A program made the translations under genes and the position numbers. Below are positions 30,162 through 40,615 of a stretch of DNA of 64,000 bases, one piece after another; the stretch's first letter is position 1; the number at the start of each line of letters is the position of its first letter. The notes beneath the pieces are model-generated. The model did no database searches and was not told the DNA's origin. It was given only the letters and a program-made list of their open reading frames with translations. The stretch spans positions 460,256-524,255 of the forward strand of contig CALSUC010000002.1 of the NCBI GenBank assembly GCA_943789445.1, written 5' to 3'. The stretch is from an uncultured Gammaproteobacteria bacterium (lineage in GTDB: Bacteria > Pseudomonadota > Gammaproteobacteria > UBA4575).

Positions 30162-30217
30162 TCAATTTAGCTGTGCTGATATTTTCAGCAGGGCTGGAGA
30201 GATTCACTGTAACGTCT

Positions 30218-31021
30218 ATGATATCGATTGAATTTATATTAGCGCTCTTACTATTAGGTGTCGTGGTAGGCTTTTTTGCTGGCTTATTTGGAATTGGTGG
30301 TGGAGGCATTATGGTGCCTATCCTAACCAGCCTCTTTCTTTGGCAATCTGTGCCATTAGAGCAGGTAGTCCATCTTGCTTTAGGCACGTCGATGGCCTGT
30401 ATCATCATGACAGCCATCGCAAGCTTGCGTGCGCATCATGCGCGGGGTGGTGTGCGATGGCCTATCGTACGTCTGATGACGCCGGGTGTGCTATTGGGGA
30501 CCTTTGTAGGAGCCTTCTTAGCCTCCATTCTCAGCACACAATATCTGGCCATCTTTTTCACCCTATTTATGGCCTTTATCGCCTTGCAGATGTTTCGTTC
30601 AGAGCCTGGCCAAAGTCGTCATGCCGATATTAATGGGCTTGGCATTCATGGGGTATCACTATCTATTGGATCACTATCTGCGTTGGTGGCGATAGGGGGT
30701 GGCTCATTGACAGTGCCTTATCTGCTTTGGCGTCATATTGATATTAAGACTGCGATTGGTACTTCAGCAGCGGTGGGTCTGCCGATTGCATTGGCCGGTA
30801 GCAGTGGTTACTTGGTGGCAGGCTGGGGGGTTGCGATAGAGCAAGAGTGGGTCTTGGGCTACATTTACCTGCCTGCAGTTATAGCCATTTCTATAGCCAG
30901 CTCATTGACTGCACCACTGGGTGCTAGGGCAGCACATGCCTTGCCCACGGGGCTACTTAAAAAGCTATTTGGTGTGTGCATGTTAGTGCTGAGCCTGCAG
31001 ATGTTAATCAGCGTGATGTAA
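30218..31021 (+). CDS. TauE/SafE (TSUP) family exporter (likely start MISIEF)
   Basis: GLFGIGGG, ALGTS, AIGGGS, IGTSAA. Confidence 0.9.
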   Translation: MISIEFILALLLLGVVVGFFAGLFGIGGGGIMVPILTSLFLWQSVPLEQVVHLALGTSMACIIMTAIASLRAHHARGGVRWPIVRLMTPGVLLGTFVGAFLASILSTQYLAIFFTLFMAFIALQMFRSEPGQSRHADINGLGIHGVSLSIGSLSALVAIGGGSLTVPYLLWRHIDIKTAIGTSAAVGLPIALAGSSGYLVAGWGVAIEQEWVLGYIYLPAVIAISIASSLTAPLGARAAHALPTGLLKKLFGVCMLVLSLQMLISVM

Positions 31022-31041
31022 GCTCAGATTAATGGCTTAGA

Positions 31042-33138
31042 TTAGTTAGCAGCAGTTTGCTTTAGTGGTTGAATCGCTTGGCTTTTACGGTTCCAGAAGA
31101 TCTTCAAATCATGTGCAATTTCTGCCGCCTCTAATAGCAGCACATCATTTTCTGGATCGATCTTGTTATCTTCGTCAAAGCTTTCTTCGTCCTGACTGTC
31201 TTTAATACCAAGTGCGGTTTCAAATTCTTTACGTTTGCTTTCTAGTTCATCAAAGCGTTTTTTACGTGTGGTCTCGTTTAGAGAGACGGTCTTGCGATCT
31301 GTTAGGGTCTCATTTAACTCAAATAACTTGACCATGGTTTGATAGCGTTGGTTATCAGCAACACGTGTTAAGTGCTGTTTATCTAACTGGTCAATTACAC
31401 TGCGAGCAATGACCTGACCTAAGTAACTTGCAGGTGTGATCTGGCTCCAAGGTAAGGCGTTCTTTAAGCTACGCTCACCTCGTTCACTGACTTTGATCCC
31501 TTCAACATAGTTGATATCAGGCAATACGCCCTTATGTTGTGTGCTACCACCATCGACACGGAAATACTGTGCAATAGTAGCCTTGAGCTGACCTAGCTTA
31601 GCTTTTTTACTTCGGCTAAAGCGATTTAGATCTATTAGTTGTTGTACCGAGCCTTTGCCATATGTGGCCTCACCAACAACGACTGCGCGACCATAGTCTT
31701 GTAGGGCGCTGGCAACGATCTCTGAAGCAGATGCACTAAAGCGATCGACTAAGACAACTAAAGGACCATCATAGGAAACACCTTTTTTGAGATCTTTGTG
31801 AATTTCTAGATTGCCACTAGAGTCTTGTACTTGCACTACTGGGCCATGATCAATGAAGAGACCAGCAAGATTGGTTGCTTCAATCAGAGAGCCGCCGCCG
31901 TTAGAGCGCAAATCTAATATCAGCGTATCAATATCTTCATCTTTTAGTTCATTAAGCAGTTGGTCTACGTCTCTGGTTGTGCTGCGGTAATTTTTCTCAC
32001 CTTTTTGGTAGGCAGCAAAATCCATATAGAAAGTAGGGATGGTAATGACACCGATCTTGCTACTGTCAGTTTCATGATTGATCTCTAAGACGGTTTTTTG
32101 TGCGGCCTGTTCTTCTAACTTAATCTTATTACGAGTCAAACTTATCTCTTCAGGGACGGCAGCATCACCTTGTTCACCACGAAGAAGTTGAAGTCTAACA
32201 ACGGTACCTTTTTTGCCTCGAATCAGATCGACTACTTCATCTAAACGCCAGCCAACAACATCAACAAAATTTTCTTCATCGACTTGTGCGATACCAATAA
32301 TGCGATCTTTAGATTTTAATAAACCACTGAGATCAGCTGGCCCGCCAGGGATGACGCGGCTAACCAGAGTGTATTCTCCATCTAAACGTAGCATTGCGCC
32401 TATACCCTCTAGCGATAGCGACATGCGGATCTCAAAGTTGTCGTAGCTGCGTGGGGATAAATAGCTGGTGTGTGGGTCTATGCTGGTAGCAAAGGCATTG
32501 ATAAATAATTGATAGACATCGTTTGAATTTAACTGATGACTACGTTTATTTATGCCTTCATAGCGTTTCTTTAAGGTTGTCTTGATTTCATCTGCTGTCT
32601 TGCCCGCTAGGTGCAATGATAAGACATCGTTCTTTACACGTTTACGCCATATATCGTTTTGTTCAAGTTGGCTATTGGGCCAAGAGGCCTCCTCGCGATT
32701 GATTAGGAAGACTTCATCTTTAGAGAAGTCAAAATCAGTTTCAAGTAGGGATAAGGCATAGTTCACGCGTTCACTAACACGTTGTTGATAGAGGGCAAAA
32801 AAGGAATAAGGTGCTCTGAGATCAGCGTTCAGTAAAAAGTCATCTAGCAGGTAGCGATATTGTTCAAAGTTTTGGATGTCGCTGGCTAGAAAGTAATTCT
32901 TTCCTGAGTCTAAGCTCTCTATAAAATGACTGTGTATTTTGTCTGAAAAGGCATCATCTAAATCAAATTTGCGATAATGGTAACGTTGTAGAAAATTAGT
33001 AATGAGGCTAGTTGCTTTCAGATGCACATCTGTTGGGCTCATCAGCACTGTGTCTGTATTGTTGTTGCTTAAGCTGTTGCTGCTTGCGAACAGGGATGAC
33101 AGGATCAGTAAAGCCAGAACGATATTTTTTCTAAACAC
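31042..33138 (-). CDS. prc: Tail-specific (C-terminal processing) protease Prc
   Basis: DPHTSY, LEGIGA PDZ domain, DLRSNGGGSL, SASASEI, GKGSVQ. Confidence 0.95.
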   Translation of the reverse strand: MFRKNIVLALLILSSLFASSNSLSNNNTDTVLMSPTDVHLKATSLITNFLQRYHYRKFDLDDAFSDKIHSHFIESLDSGKNYFLASDIQNFEQYRYLLDDFLLNADLRAPYSFFALYQQRVSERVNYALSLLETDFDFSKDEVFLINREEASWPNSQLEQNDIWRKRVKNDVLSLHLAGKTADEIKTTLKKRYEGINKRSHQLNSNDVYQLFINAFATSIDPHTSYLSPRSYDNFEIRMSLSLEGIGAMLRLDGEYTLVSRVIPGGPADLSGLLKSKDRIIGIAQVDEENFVDVVGWRLDEVVDLIRGKKGTVVRLQLLRGEQGDAAVPEEISLTRNKIKLEEQAAQKTVLEINHETDSSKIGVITIPTFYMDFAAYQKGEKNYRSTTRDVDQLLNELKDEDIDTLILDLRSNGGGSLIEATNLAGLFIDHGPVVQVQDSSGNLEIHKDLKKGVSYDGPLVVLVDRFSASASEIVASALQDYGRAVVVGEATYGKGSVQQLIDLNRFSRSKKAKLGQLKATIAQYFRVDGGSTQHKGVLPDINYVEGIKVSERGERSLKNALPWSQITPASYLGQVIARSVIDQLDKQHLTRVADNQRYQTMVKLFELNETLTDRKTVSLNETTRKKRFDELESKRKEFETALGIKDSQDEESFDEDNKIDPENDVLLLEAAEIAHDLKIFWNRKSQAIQPLKQTAAN

Positions 33139-33387
33139 TATGTATGGGCCTTCTTAAGAGGACGCCGTTAGGCGGGTTACAGTGGTTCTAGTATATGCGT
33201 ATTTCTAAAGCAGTACGAGGCAAGCTACAGCCACTTAGTTCCTTATCTGTACAATATGGTGCAGGGTGTTGGCTAGTCAGAGCCTAAAATCTGATTTAGT
33301 ATGCGCGCCTGTCTATTGATTAAACTAATCATCAGATGGGTTTTTTGAACCCATAGATCTGAGTCTATGCAATTTGAGGAGTGCAGT

Positions 33388-33879
33388 ATGTCTGAAGCAC
33401 AAGAAAAGTCTCTTTTTATGACGCGTCTAATGACGCCTGATATGGCTAACTTTTCCGGTAAAGTACATGGTGGAGCGTTACTCAAGGTATTAGATGAAGC
33501 AGCTTATTCTTGCGCCTCACGCTACTGCAAGGCTTATGTAGTGACGGCTGCACTAGATCACGTGGGCTTTAAACGCGCGGTTATGGTGGGTGATCTGATT
33601 ACATTTAAATGTAATGTTAACTATGTTGGTCGTTCCTCGATGGAGATCGGTATTCGGGTTGAAGCGGAAAACATCAAGAGCACGACTAAATATCACGCCA
33701 TCTCCTGTTACTTCACTATGGTAGCGGTTGATGATGATGGTAAGGGCTTAGAAGTACCACGCTTACAGCTTAACTCTGAAGAAGAGAAGAAATTATTTGA
33801 AGCCGGCAAGATGCGTTGTGAAATGCGTAAAGAGATGGAACAGCGTAACCAAGAGTTACACGTCGGTCTGCCTGCCTAG
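33388..33879 (+). CDS. Acyl-CoA thioesterase (hotdog, YciA-like)
   Basis: PDMANFSGKVHGG, VNYVGRSSMEIG, YFTMVAV; GAGGAG RBS before ATG 33388. Confidence 0.9.
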   Translation: MSEAQEKSLFMTRLMTPDMANFSGKVHGGALLKVLDEAAYSCASRYCKAYVVTAALDHVGFKRAVMVGDLITFKCNVNYVGRSSMEIGIRVEAENIKSTTKYHAISCYFTMVAVDDDGKGLEVPRLQLNSEEEKKLFEAGKMRCEMRKEMEQRNQELHVGLPA

Positions 33880-33888
33880 GCTCTAACT

Positions 33889-35067
33889 TTAGGCGAGCTG
33901 CTGCAAGCCCTTAATCAAGCGTTGCATGCCGATATCGACGTTGTCTGAAGTCAGTGCACCATAAGAAACCCTAAGATAACCCTCTGTTGCAAAGGCGCTA
34001 CCAGGAATGGTGGCGACGCCATTTTCACGTATTAAATGATGAGCGGTTTCTAGATCGCTAAGCCTGCTTTGAATGCGTGCAAAGATATAAAAAGCGCCCT
34101 CTGACTGTACTCTTTGGCGCAAGACCCCTGAATCATTTAAGGCCTGTAAGCACAGTGCACGTGAGTTTTTGATCTCATTTAAGTGTGTTTGTAAGTAATG
34201 CGTATCGGCCTGCAAAGCGCCTAAGGCGGCAAGCTGAGAGACGATTGGGGGTGATATTAAGACCGTGTCTTGAACCTTGCGCAGCGTGTCTGCGAGCTCG
34301 GCAGGTACTAACATATAGCCCACACGCCAACCAGCAAAGCCATAGGCCTTGGAGAAGGAATAGAGGCTGATCGTATGGGCGGCGCTATTGTTCAAGCTAG
34401 CAGCAGAAAAATGTTCGGTGTCTTCAAACACAAAGTCTTCATAAGCTTCATCTGAAATATGATAAAGGCCATGTTGCTCGCACAGTTGATTGATTTCAGT
34501 CAGTTCTTCTTGGCTGTAGACTGCGGCACTCGGGTTATTAGGTGAAACAGTCACTATCGCTTTAGTGCGTGCTGTGATGTTGTTTTTGATGGCATCTAGA
34601 TCAGGATGAAAATTGTCTAAGGTAGGTGTTAATACTGCTTTAGCATTAGCCAGAGTAATGGCCATCTCATGATTGAAATAGAACGGCGTCAGCAGGATAA
34701 CCTCATCATCTGGGTCGAGCAGGGCCAACATCAAAGAGCTAAAGGCCATATTCGAGCCGGCAGTGACAAAGATTTCTTGCCCTTGATCAAAGCGGATCTG
34801 ATTTTTTTGTTCAAGCTTGTGGCGTAAAGCGGCTACTAGCTCTGGGATACCTTGTACCGGTCCATAGAGGTCCAGCTGTTTCTCATGTAAGCGATCTTCT
34901 ACTGCCGCTAGAGCTTCTTGAGGCGGAGAGAAAAAGGCAATGCCCTGACCTAATGAAATAGTCCCGGGGTGCTGACGAACCCAGCCATTGATGGTTGGAA
35001 TAATAGGGCTTCTAACCGCTGCACTACGTGCGCTGGGGCTGAGAAGGGCTGGAGTGGTGTCAGGCAT
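33889..35067 (-). CDS. PLP-dependent aminotransferase class I/II (likely start MPDTT)
   Basis: SLGQG, SPNNPS, SDEAY, SFSKAYGFAGWRVGY. Confidence 0.92.
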   Translation of the reverse strand: MPDTTPALLSPSARSAAVRSPIIPTINGWVRQHPGTISLGQGIAFFSPPQEALAAVEDRLHEKQLDLYGPVQGIPELVAALRHKLEQKNQIRFDQGQEIFVTAGSNMAFSSLMLALLDPDDEVILLTPFYFNHEMAITLANAKAVLTPTLDNFHPDLDAIKNNITARTKAIVTVSPNNPSAAVYSQEELTEINQLCEQHGLYHISDEAYEDFVFEDTEHFSAASLNNSAAHTISLYSFSKAYGFAGWRVGYMLVPAELADTLRKVQDTVLISPPIVSQLAALGALQADTHYLQTHLNEIKNSRALCLQALNDSGVLRQRVQSEGAFYIFARIQSRLSDLETAHHLIRENGVATIPGSAFATEGYLRVSYGALTSDNVDIGMQRLIKGLQQLA

Positions 35068-35071
35068 GGCG

Positions 35072-37339
35072 TTACATCGTGATTCGTCTATAAATGTCCG
35101 ACACCTTATACGGTAATTTATCGACCTGGTCGACAATCGTGAAGTTTACTGGACCATACATATGTTTTAGGTAGTCTGCAGATTCTGTATCAATGGTGAT
35201 GCAGAAAGGATGAATACCCAAGAACTTTGCCTCGACTAAGGCGCGACGGGTGTCTTCAATGCCATAGACGCCACGATAGCCATCTTGGTCATCAGGCCGG
35301 CCATCGGATAGTGTAATCAATAGCTTACTCTTTGCTTCAACCTTGCTTAAGAGCTTACTCAGGTGACGGATGGCGACGCCCATGCGTGTATAGTCTTGCG
35401 GCTTGATACCTGCAATACGCGCCTTTACTTCCTTTGAATAAGGCTCATCAAATTCTTTGATCCGATATAGATCACAACGCTGATGGGTTCTGCCAGAAAA
35501 ACCATAGATGGCATACTGGTCACCTAAGAGTTGTAAAGATTCACACAGTAAGATCAATGCTTCACGCTCCATATCATTAATCCAACCAGAGGTAGAGCCG
35601 CTCATATCAACCATAAACATGACTGCAATATTGCGGTCGACTTTTCGTTGTTTGATAAAGAGGTTTTGACTTAACTCATGGCCATTGATGATATCGGCAT
35701 AGGATTCAATGACTGCATCTAGATCAATATCCTCACCATATGGTTGCTTGCGTAAGCGACGGTTATCGTCACGTAAGGCCTCAAAGGTACGGTTTAAACT
35801 CTTCATCAAACCATAGTGTTTTTTCAGAGTCTTGGCGGCAAAGTCTGATGTGATGGCAGGTACTGTCTGCTCATATAGGTGGCAGTAATCTTTGCGGTAT
35901 TTCTGGCGTGAGTGGTCCCACTCATCATACAAGGCAAGCGGCTCACCTAATGCTTCATTCTGTTCACTTTCAGCTGCGGCATTATCGTTATCAGTACTAG
36001 CCTTGTCTTCATTAGTCTCTAAGTATTCTTCTGGGATATCACCTACATCTTGTTGGATTGAATTCAACAGCTCTTGGATATCTTCTGGTATATCGACGGT
36101 CTTACCATCAAGCTCTAGATCATAACGATAGCCATCTGGACGTTGGTCATCTTCTACTTCGCGTAGCTCAAAGTTTTCTTCATCGGCGTCACCTTCGCCC
36201 GGCATCGTATCTGTGCCTGACATCAATTCTTCACGTAATTCAGTCAACTTCTCTTGCAGCTCAGCTTTTTCTTGATCTGTGCGTTCCTGAATCTTGCTAT
36301 TTGCCAGCTCTGGGTCTAATTCACCTTGATATAGCGTACGTTCTGGCAAATAAGCTTGGTCGTAAAGGGCGTAGAGTAGTTCCGCCGTATCGTGCACGGT
36401 CGCCTCTGGTGTCGATAGCTTTTCGATCGCCTGCTGCCAAGTGACAGGCAGGTCTGTCGCCGCTAGCAATGAATTAAATTGACGCATGGCGCGAGCGATA
36501 CCGGGTAGCTCCCGTTCTATCTGTTTGTCTAGACGTACGGTCTCTAAGGCATGGAATAGATTTAATGCGCGCTCACTGTCTTTAAAGGTAGCGACTAACT
36601 GTTGAATATTGATCCGGAAGGTACCGAACCAAGTTTGTGCCCATTGGTGTATGGCGATTGATTTATACAGCGCAAAGTTCTCTTCACGCGTCTTAAATTC
36701 ACTCAAACGTGCAGGGAGGTGCAAGGTTTCAGTATCGGTAAAGAGGTTTTCACTACTCTCTAAATTTAGTGAACGACCATTAAGACCCAACACAATACTT
36801 TCAACAACGCGGGATATTTCATCGTAGCTGACTGAGCTGGGTGCACTGCTTTTGCTAGCGACATATTGTTCTATCGCCTGCATTTCAGTAATTGCAGCCT
36901 GCACATCATGCGCTCGGTATTGACTGAGTATATGTTCAAGCCAATCAGCCCAGGCACCTTCGTCTAGTAACATCAGGGCGGGCGGGGCAAGGTGGCAGAA
37001 ATGGTAAGAGAGTTCGGCGTTTGCGTCTGAGACAGTAGTAGCGGATTGAATAAAACGTTCTTGGTCAGCCAGACTAAACTGAGTGAGCTGTTGTGCTGGT
37101 GCAAAGACACTGCGTGCGGTGGTTAATACCTGATCGACGACGAGTTCTAGGCGGAGCTGGATTTCCCGCTCACTCATTCCGCCATAAATGGAACCATTCT
37201 GATTGCGTCCGGCACGATCTAAGGACTGAATGAAACCGCCATCCTTTGAATAGGCCTTAATCTCGTACTGGTACTCAGGGTCTGCTGGTGCAGCTGTTGT
37301 GGATTTGCTCTTGTCGCGGCGCCAAAATCTGAAGTTCAT
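35072..37339 (-). CDS. CbbO/NorD-like von Willebrand factor A adaptor protein
   Basis: YDEWD, GEDIDLDA, MIDAS VDMSGST, YTRMGVAIRH, LSDGRP, EDTRRA, HPFCITID. Confidence 0.88.
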   Translation of the reverse strand: MNFRFWRRDKSKSTTAAPADPEYQYEIKAYSKDGGFIQSLDRAGRNQNGSIYGGMSEREIQLRLELVVDQVLTTARSVFAPAQQLTQFSLADQERFIQSATTVSDANAELSYHFCHLAPPALMLLDEGAWADWLEHILSQYRAHDVQAAITEMQAIEQYVASKSSAPSSVSYDEISRVVESIVLGLNGRSLNLESSENLFTDTETLHLPARLSEFKTREENFALYKSIAIHQWAQTWFGTFRINIQQLVATFKDSERALNLFHALETVRLDKQIERELPGIARAMRQFNSLLAATDLPVTWQQAIEKLSTPEATVHDTAELLYALYDQAYLPERTLYQGELDPELANSKIQERTDQEKAELQEKLTELREELMSGTDTMPGEGDADEENFELREVEDDQRPDGYRYDLELDGKTVDIPEDIQELLNSIQQDVGDIPEEYLETNEDKASTDNDNAAAESEQNEALGEPLALYDEWDHSRQKYRKDYCHLYEQTVPAITSDFAAKTLKKHYGLMKSLNRTFEALRDDNRRLRKQPYGEDIDLDAVIESYADIINGHELSQNLFIKQRKVDRNIAVMFMVDMSGSTSGWINDMEREALILLCESLQLLGDQYAIYGFSGRTHQRCDLYRIKEFDEPYSKEVKARIAGIKPQDYTRMGVAIRHLSKLLSKVEAKSKLLITLSDGRPDDQDGYRGVYGIEDTRRALVEAKFLGIHPFCITIDTESADYLKHMYGPVNFTIVDQVDKLPYKVSDIYRRITM

Positions 37340-37345
37340 AGCTAT

Positions 37346-38068
37346 TTAATCTGTAATTTGAGCGATCAGCAGATCCCGTGCTTGGTTAATCTTGACGGCT
37401 AAATAACTAGAGCCACCGCGATCAGGGTGAATTTTCTGCATCAACTGTTTATGTGCTTTCAGAATACTCTGTTTATCGGCCCCTGGCTCTAGTCCAAGGA
37501 TTGCATAAGCCTCATTTTCTGATAGTTGTGCAGTACTAGTTTCTTCTGTTTTATTCGACTGGTTTTGAGCGCGCCATTCAGTGCCATGGGTTCTGTCGAT
37601 GTAATTACCTAGTAATTGTTCGGAGTCAGGGTCTAGTTTTAGATAGCTTTGATACAGTTCTAACAGCTGATTTTGGTTTAATTGTTGTAACTCCATGCCT
37701 ACATGTAGGCCGCTTTTAACGCTGCCGGAGAGCTGCCCGCTGTCGTGATCTAGGCTCATACTTAAGTATTGGGTCTCCACCAATGACTGCTGACCATTGC
37801 TAGGCGCGTTATTACTCACGCGATTGAATACACCACGTAATAGGGGGGCATAGCGTAATAGACCGAACAGGCGCCTTACGACAGGAATCGCCGCACCTAT
37901 CAAGGCAAATAACCAATGCATGCGTCCGGTCGCAACCAGTATCAGCAAAACACCAGCGATAAGCATGGCGATTACCTTCCAGCGTTTCTCCACCGGTTGT
38001 CGTTTGAGCCAACGGACTAAGACCAAGGCGGCGATAATCGCGAGGATAAGTAGGACAATGCGTGCCAT
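37346..38068 (-). CDS. Membrane-anchored J-domain protein (Pam18/DjlA-like C-terminal J domain)
   Basis: N-terminal TM helices; EAYAILGL...HPDRGGS...KINQARD. Confidence 0.9.
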   Translation of the reverse strand: MARIVLLILAIIAALVLVRWLKRQPVEKRWKVIAMLIAGVLLILVATGRMHWLFALIGAAIPVVRRLFGLLRYAPLLRGVFNRVSNNAPSNGQQSLVETQYLSMSLDHDSGQLSGSVKSGLHVGMELQQLNQNQLLELYQSYLKLDPDSEQLLGNYIDRTHGTEWRAQNQSNKTEETSTAQLSENEAYAILGLEPGADKQSILKAHKQLMQKIHPDRGGSSYLAVKINQARDLLIAQITD

Positions 38069-38071
38069 AAA

Positions 38072-38764
38072 TTATTTTGCAGGTAGTTGTTTGATTAATT
38101 GCTTGAGTAAGGCATTTTTACCTTGATCGTGTTGCTGTAAGGCCTTTACTCCACCGACGGCATAGCTTGCCACAGCGGCTAATAATTCTCTCAGTTGTGC
38201 CAAGCTGTTTTCATCAAAGCGACAATAAGCACCGTTGCTGAGTTGGCTTAAATGACGAAAGGCCTTTTCGGCACTGCTGTTGTATCCTTCTTGAAAAATA
38301 AACAAGGGGATTCCTAAAAGACCGAGGCGGGCGGCATCATGTGCGATTGTATCGATAGATTCTTCAAAGCAATCGGCGACTAATACGACAGCCTTCATCT
38401 TTTGTTTGCTGCCTTGGCTGACGGCATGACCTAAAACCTGTCCTATCTGTGTGTGTCCAGCGAGGCAGCAGACGCTGCGCATTTGTTTTTGCAGAACAGT
38501 GCTGTTTTGACTCCATGGGAAGCTATGAAATTCACCGATGCCACGGTAATAGCACAGGCTGATCTCTAAACCTGCCGCTGCTGCAAACATGTCAGACTGA
38601 ATTTGACAGGCCATGTTCCAGCTAGCTTCTCGGCTAGCGGTAGCATCCATGGCAAATAATAGGCGACCCTTGGCCTTATCTTGGGCCTGTGTATTAGGCA
38701 GGTGTTGCTTGCTAGCCGCTAGGAAAGCCTTTACTGAGCTAGTGGTGGAGAGGTCTTTTGGCAT
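38072..38764 (-). CDS. Stand-alone vWA domain protein
   Basis: LLFAMDATASR MIDAS, GHTQI, VADCFEE, FIFQEG. Confidence 0.85.
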   Translation of the reverse strand: MPKDLSTTSSVKAFLAASKQHLPNTQAQDKAKGRLLFAMDATASREASWNMACQIQSDMFAAAAGLEISLCYYRGIGEFHSFPWSQNSTVLQKQMRSVCCLAGHTQIGQVLGHAVSQGSKQKMKAVVLVADCFEESIDTIAHDAARLGLLGIPLFIFQEGYNSSAEKAFRHLSQLSNGAYCRFDENSLAQLRELLAAVASYAVGGVKALQQHDQGKNALLKQLIKQLPAK

Positions 38765-38914
38765 ATCAGTTTAGATTCCGATGAGTTTCAACTTTCTTAG
38801 CCTAGATGCTAGCGAAGGCGCTTGGGGTAAAGCAAGTACTAGTCTTATTGCTCGTAACTTAAGCAGCCTGACTACGATACATAAGCTACACTGTTTTTTT
38901 TATTTGATGATGTT

Positions 38915-39820
38915 ATGACTACTTATCGACCTACTGCCTGGCTAGGCCTGCTGACGCTAGTGGTGATGTTTGGCTCAGCGTTTTTGCTGACCAAGATTGC
39001 CCTCAATGATATGCCACCATTAACCGTGGTTACTTGGCGTATTGTGGTTGCGGCTTTAACGCTATGGTGCATCGTCTTATACCAGCGAAAGGCAATTTCT
39101 GAATTACTGCCTTACTGGAAAATATTTCTACTGTTGGCCTTAACAGGTAATTGCTTGCCATTCTTTTTGATCGCTTGGGGTCAACAGTATGTCGACAGCG
39201 GTTTGGCCGGTATTTTAATGGCGATGATGCCTCTAGTTACTATCATCCTAGCGCATTTCTTCGTTGTTAATGAACGCATTACCTTAAATAAGGCGATTGG
39301 CTTTGGGCTTGGTTTTATCGGTATCTTGATCTTAATGCGCCCCGATATCGGGGCTGAGAAGGTGACAGATTGGGCGGTATTAATAGCGATGCTATCTATT
39401 CTCTGTGGCGCGGTTAGCTATGCCGCTAACTCGGTGATTGCACATCAATTACCGAAGATTAGCTTGAGCCTGATTTCACTCGGTGTATTGTCTTTTTCTA
39501 GCATCATCATTATGTCGATCTGGCTGTTCTTATATGGCCTTGATGGTTTTGATAGCATAGTAAAAAGCTCAGATATGGCGATTTATTCAGTCATTATATT
39601 AGGTGTTTTCCCCACAGGACTGGCGACTATTGTTTACTTCAGTGTGATTCGTCGGGCAGGTGCTGCATTTTTGTCGCAGATCAACTACCTGATCCCACTC
39701 TGGGCGGTCATGATTGGAGTTTGGTTTGGTGGTGAGCAGCTTTCCTGGAGTGCTCTGGTCGCGCTGCTGGTGATTCTGTGTGGTATTGCGATTGCGCAAC
39801 GCGGATCACGGGCGGCTTAG
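38915..39820 (+). CDS. DMT/EamA family transporter
   Basis: About 10 TM helices in two EamA repeats; VDSGLAG, YLIP. Confidence 0.9.
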   Translation: MTTYRPTAWLGLLTLVVMFGSAFLLTKIALNDMPPLTVVTWRIVVAALTLWCIVLYQRKAISELLPYWKIFLLLALTGNCLPFFLIAWGQQYVDSGLAGILMAMMPLVTIILAHFFVVNERITLNKAIGFGLGFIGILILMRPDIGAEKVTDWAVLIAMLSILCGAVSYAANSVIAHQLPKISLSLISLGVLSFSSIIIMSIWLFLYGLDGFDSIVKSSDMAIYSVIILGVFPTGLATIVYFSVIRRAGAAFLSQINYLIPLWAVMIGVWFGGEQLSWSALVALLVILCGIAIAQRGSRAA

Positions 39821-39892
39821 TCTAGCTTAATGCTCGCAGCTCTCAGGGCTAAGAAGCCTTAGAAATAGGCCTGAGGGCTTTGTTTATTCACT

Positions 39893-40564
39893 TCAGGCGG
39901 CAAGGCCACCGACACGCACATAAATCAAACAGCCTTCACGTGAGAACGGTTTATGTACGCTCATATGTGGGCCGCGGATCCAAGAGCCAGCGGAGTAGCT
40001 GCCATGTTCATCTTCAAAACAACCTTGAAGCACAAAGATCTCTTCACCACCAGGATGGGTGTGTTGATGAAAGAAAGTGCCAGCTTCCCAGTGCACCAAA
40101 GCCATGCTTTCAGGATGACTTTTTTGTGAATACAGCGGTAAGACCGACAAGCCGTCGACCATGCCCTGTTGCCAAGGGGTATTGCTAGTATCGATATGGA
40201 CTTGAGGCCGATCACCAGCATATTGGCGCAAGCGAACGAGTAAAACACAGCCTTCATCAGAGAAGGGCGCATGTTCGCTGCCGTCTGGATTGAGTAAATA
40301 ACTACCTGCTGGATAGCGCCCATGGTCATCACAGAACTCACCCTCTAACACTAATATCTCTTCACCCTGTGGATGGGGATGGCTGTGAAACTGGCCGCCG
40401 GCCTGGTAACGAACCAAACTGGTTACTGCACCAAACTCACCCCCTTCACGGTAGAGCGGTTTACGCCAGACAGTGCCGCTAGGGCTGCTCTCCCATTCCA
40501 TGGCATTCGTATCTAAGACGATGCGTTGACTTAGGTCGGCATTGATATCAGGTAAAGAAGACAT
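39893..40564 (-). CDS. ChrR-like tandem cupin protein
   Basis: Two HxHxxGEE...G.F.D.HG.Y..GS repeats. Confidence 0.9.
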   Translation of the reverse strand: MSSLPDINADLSQRIVLDTNAMEWESSPSGTVWRKPLYREGGEFGAVTSLVRYQAGGQFHSHPHPQGEEILVLEGEFCDDHGRYPAGSYLLNPDGSEHAPFSDEGCVLLVRLRQYAGDRPQVHIDTSNTPWQQGMVDGLSVLPLYSQKSHPESMALVHWEAGTFFHQHTHPGGEEIFVLQGCFEDEHGSYSAGSWIRGPHMSVHKPFSREGCLIYVRVGGLAA

Positions 40565-40615
40565 GGTAAATATCGATCAAATAAATGGAGGCTATTGTAA
40601 AAACAGTCTTAGGAA

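Noticed and set aside
35072..37339. CbbO/NorD as proof of autotrophy or denitrification
   Set aside because: No RuBisCO, norCB or cbbQ/norQ in the window; the client cannot be assigned
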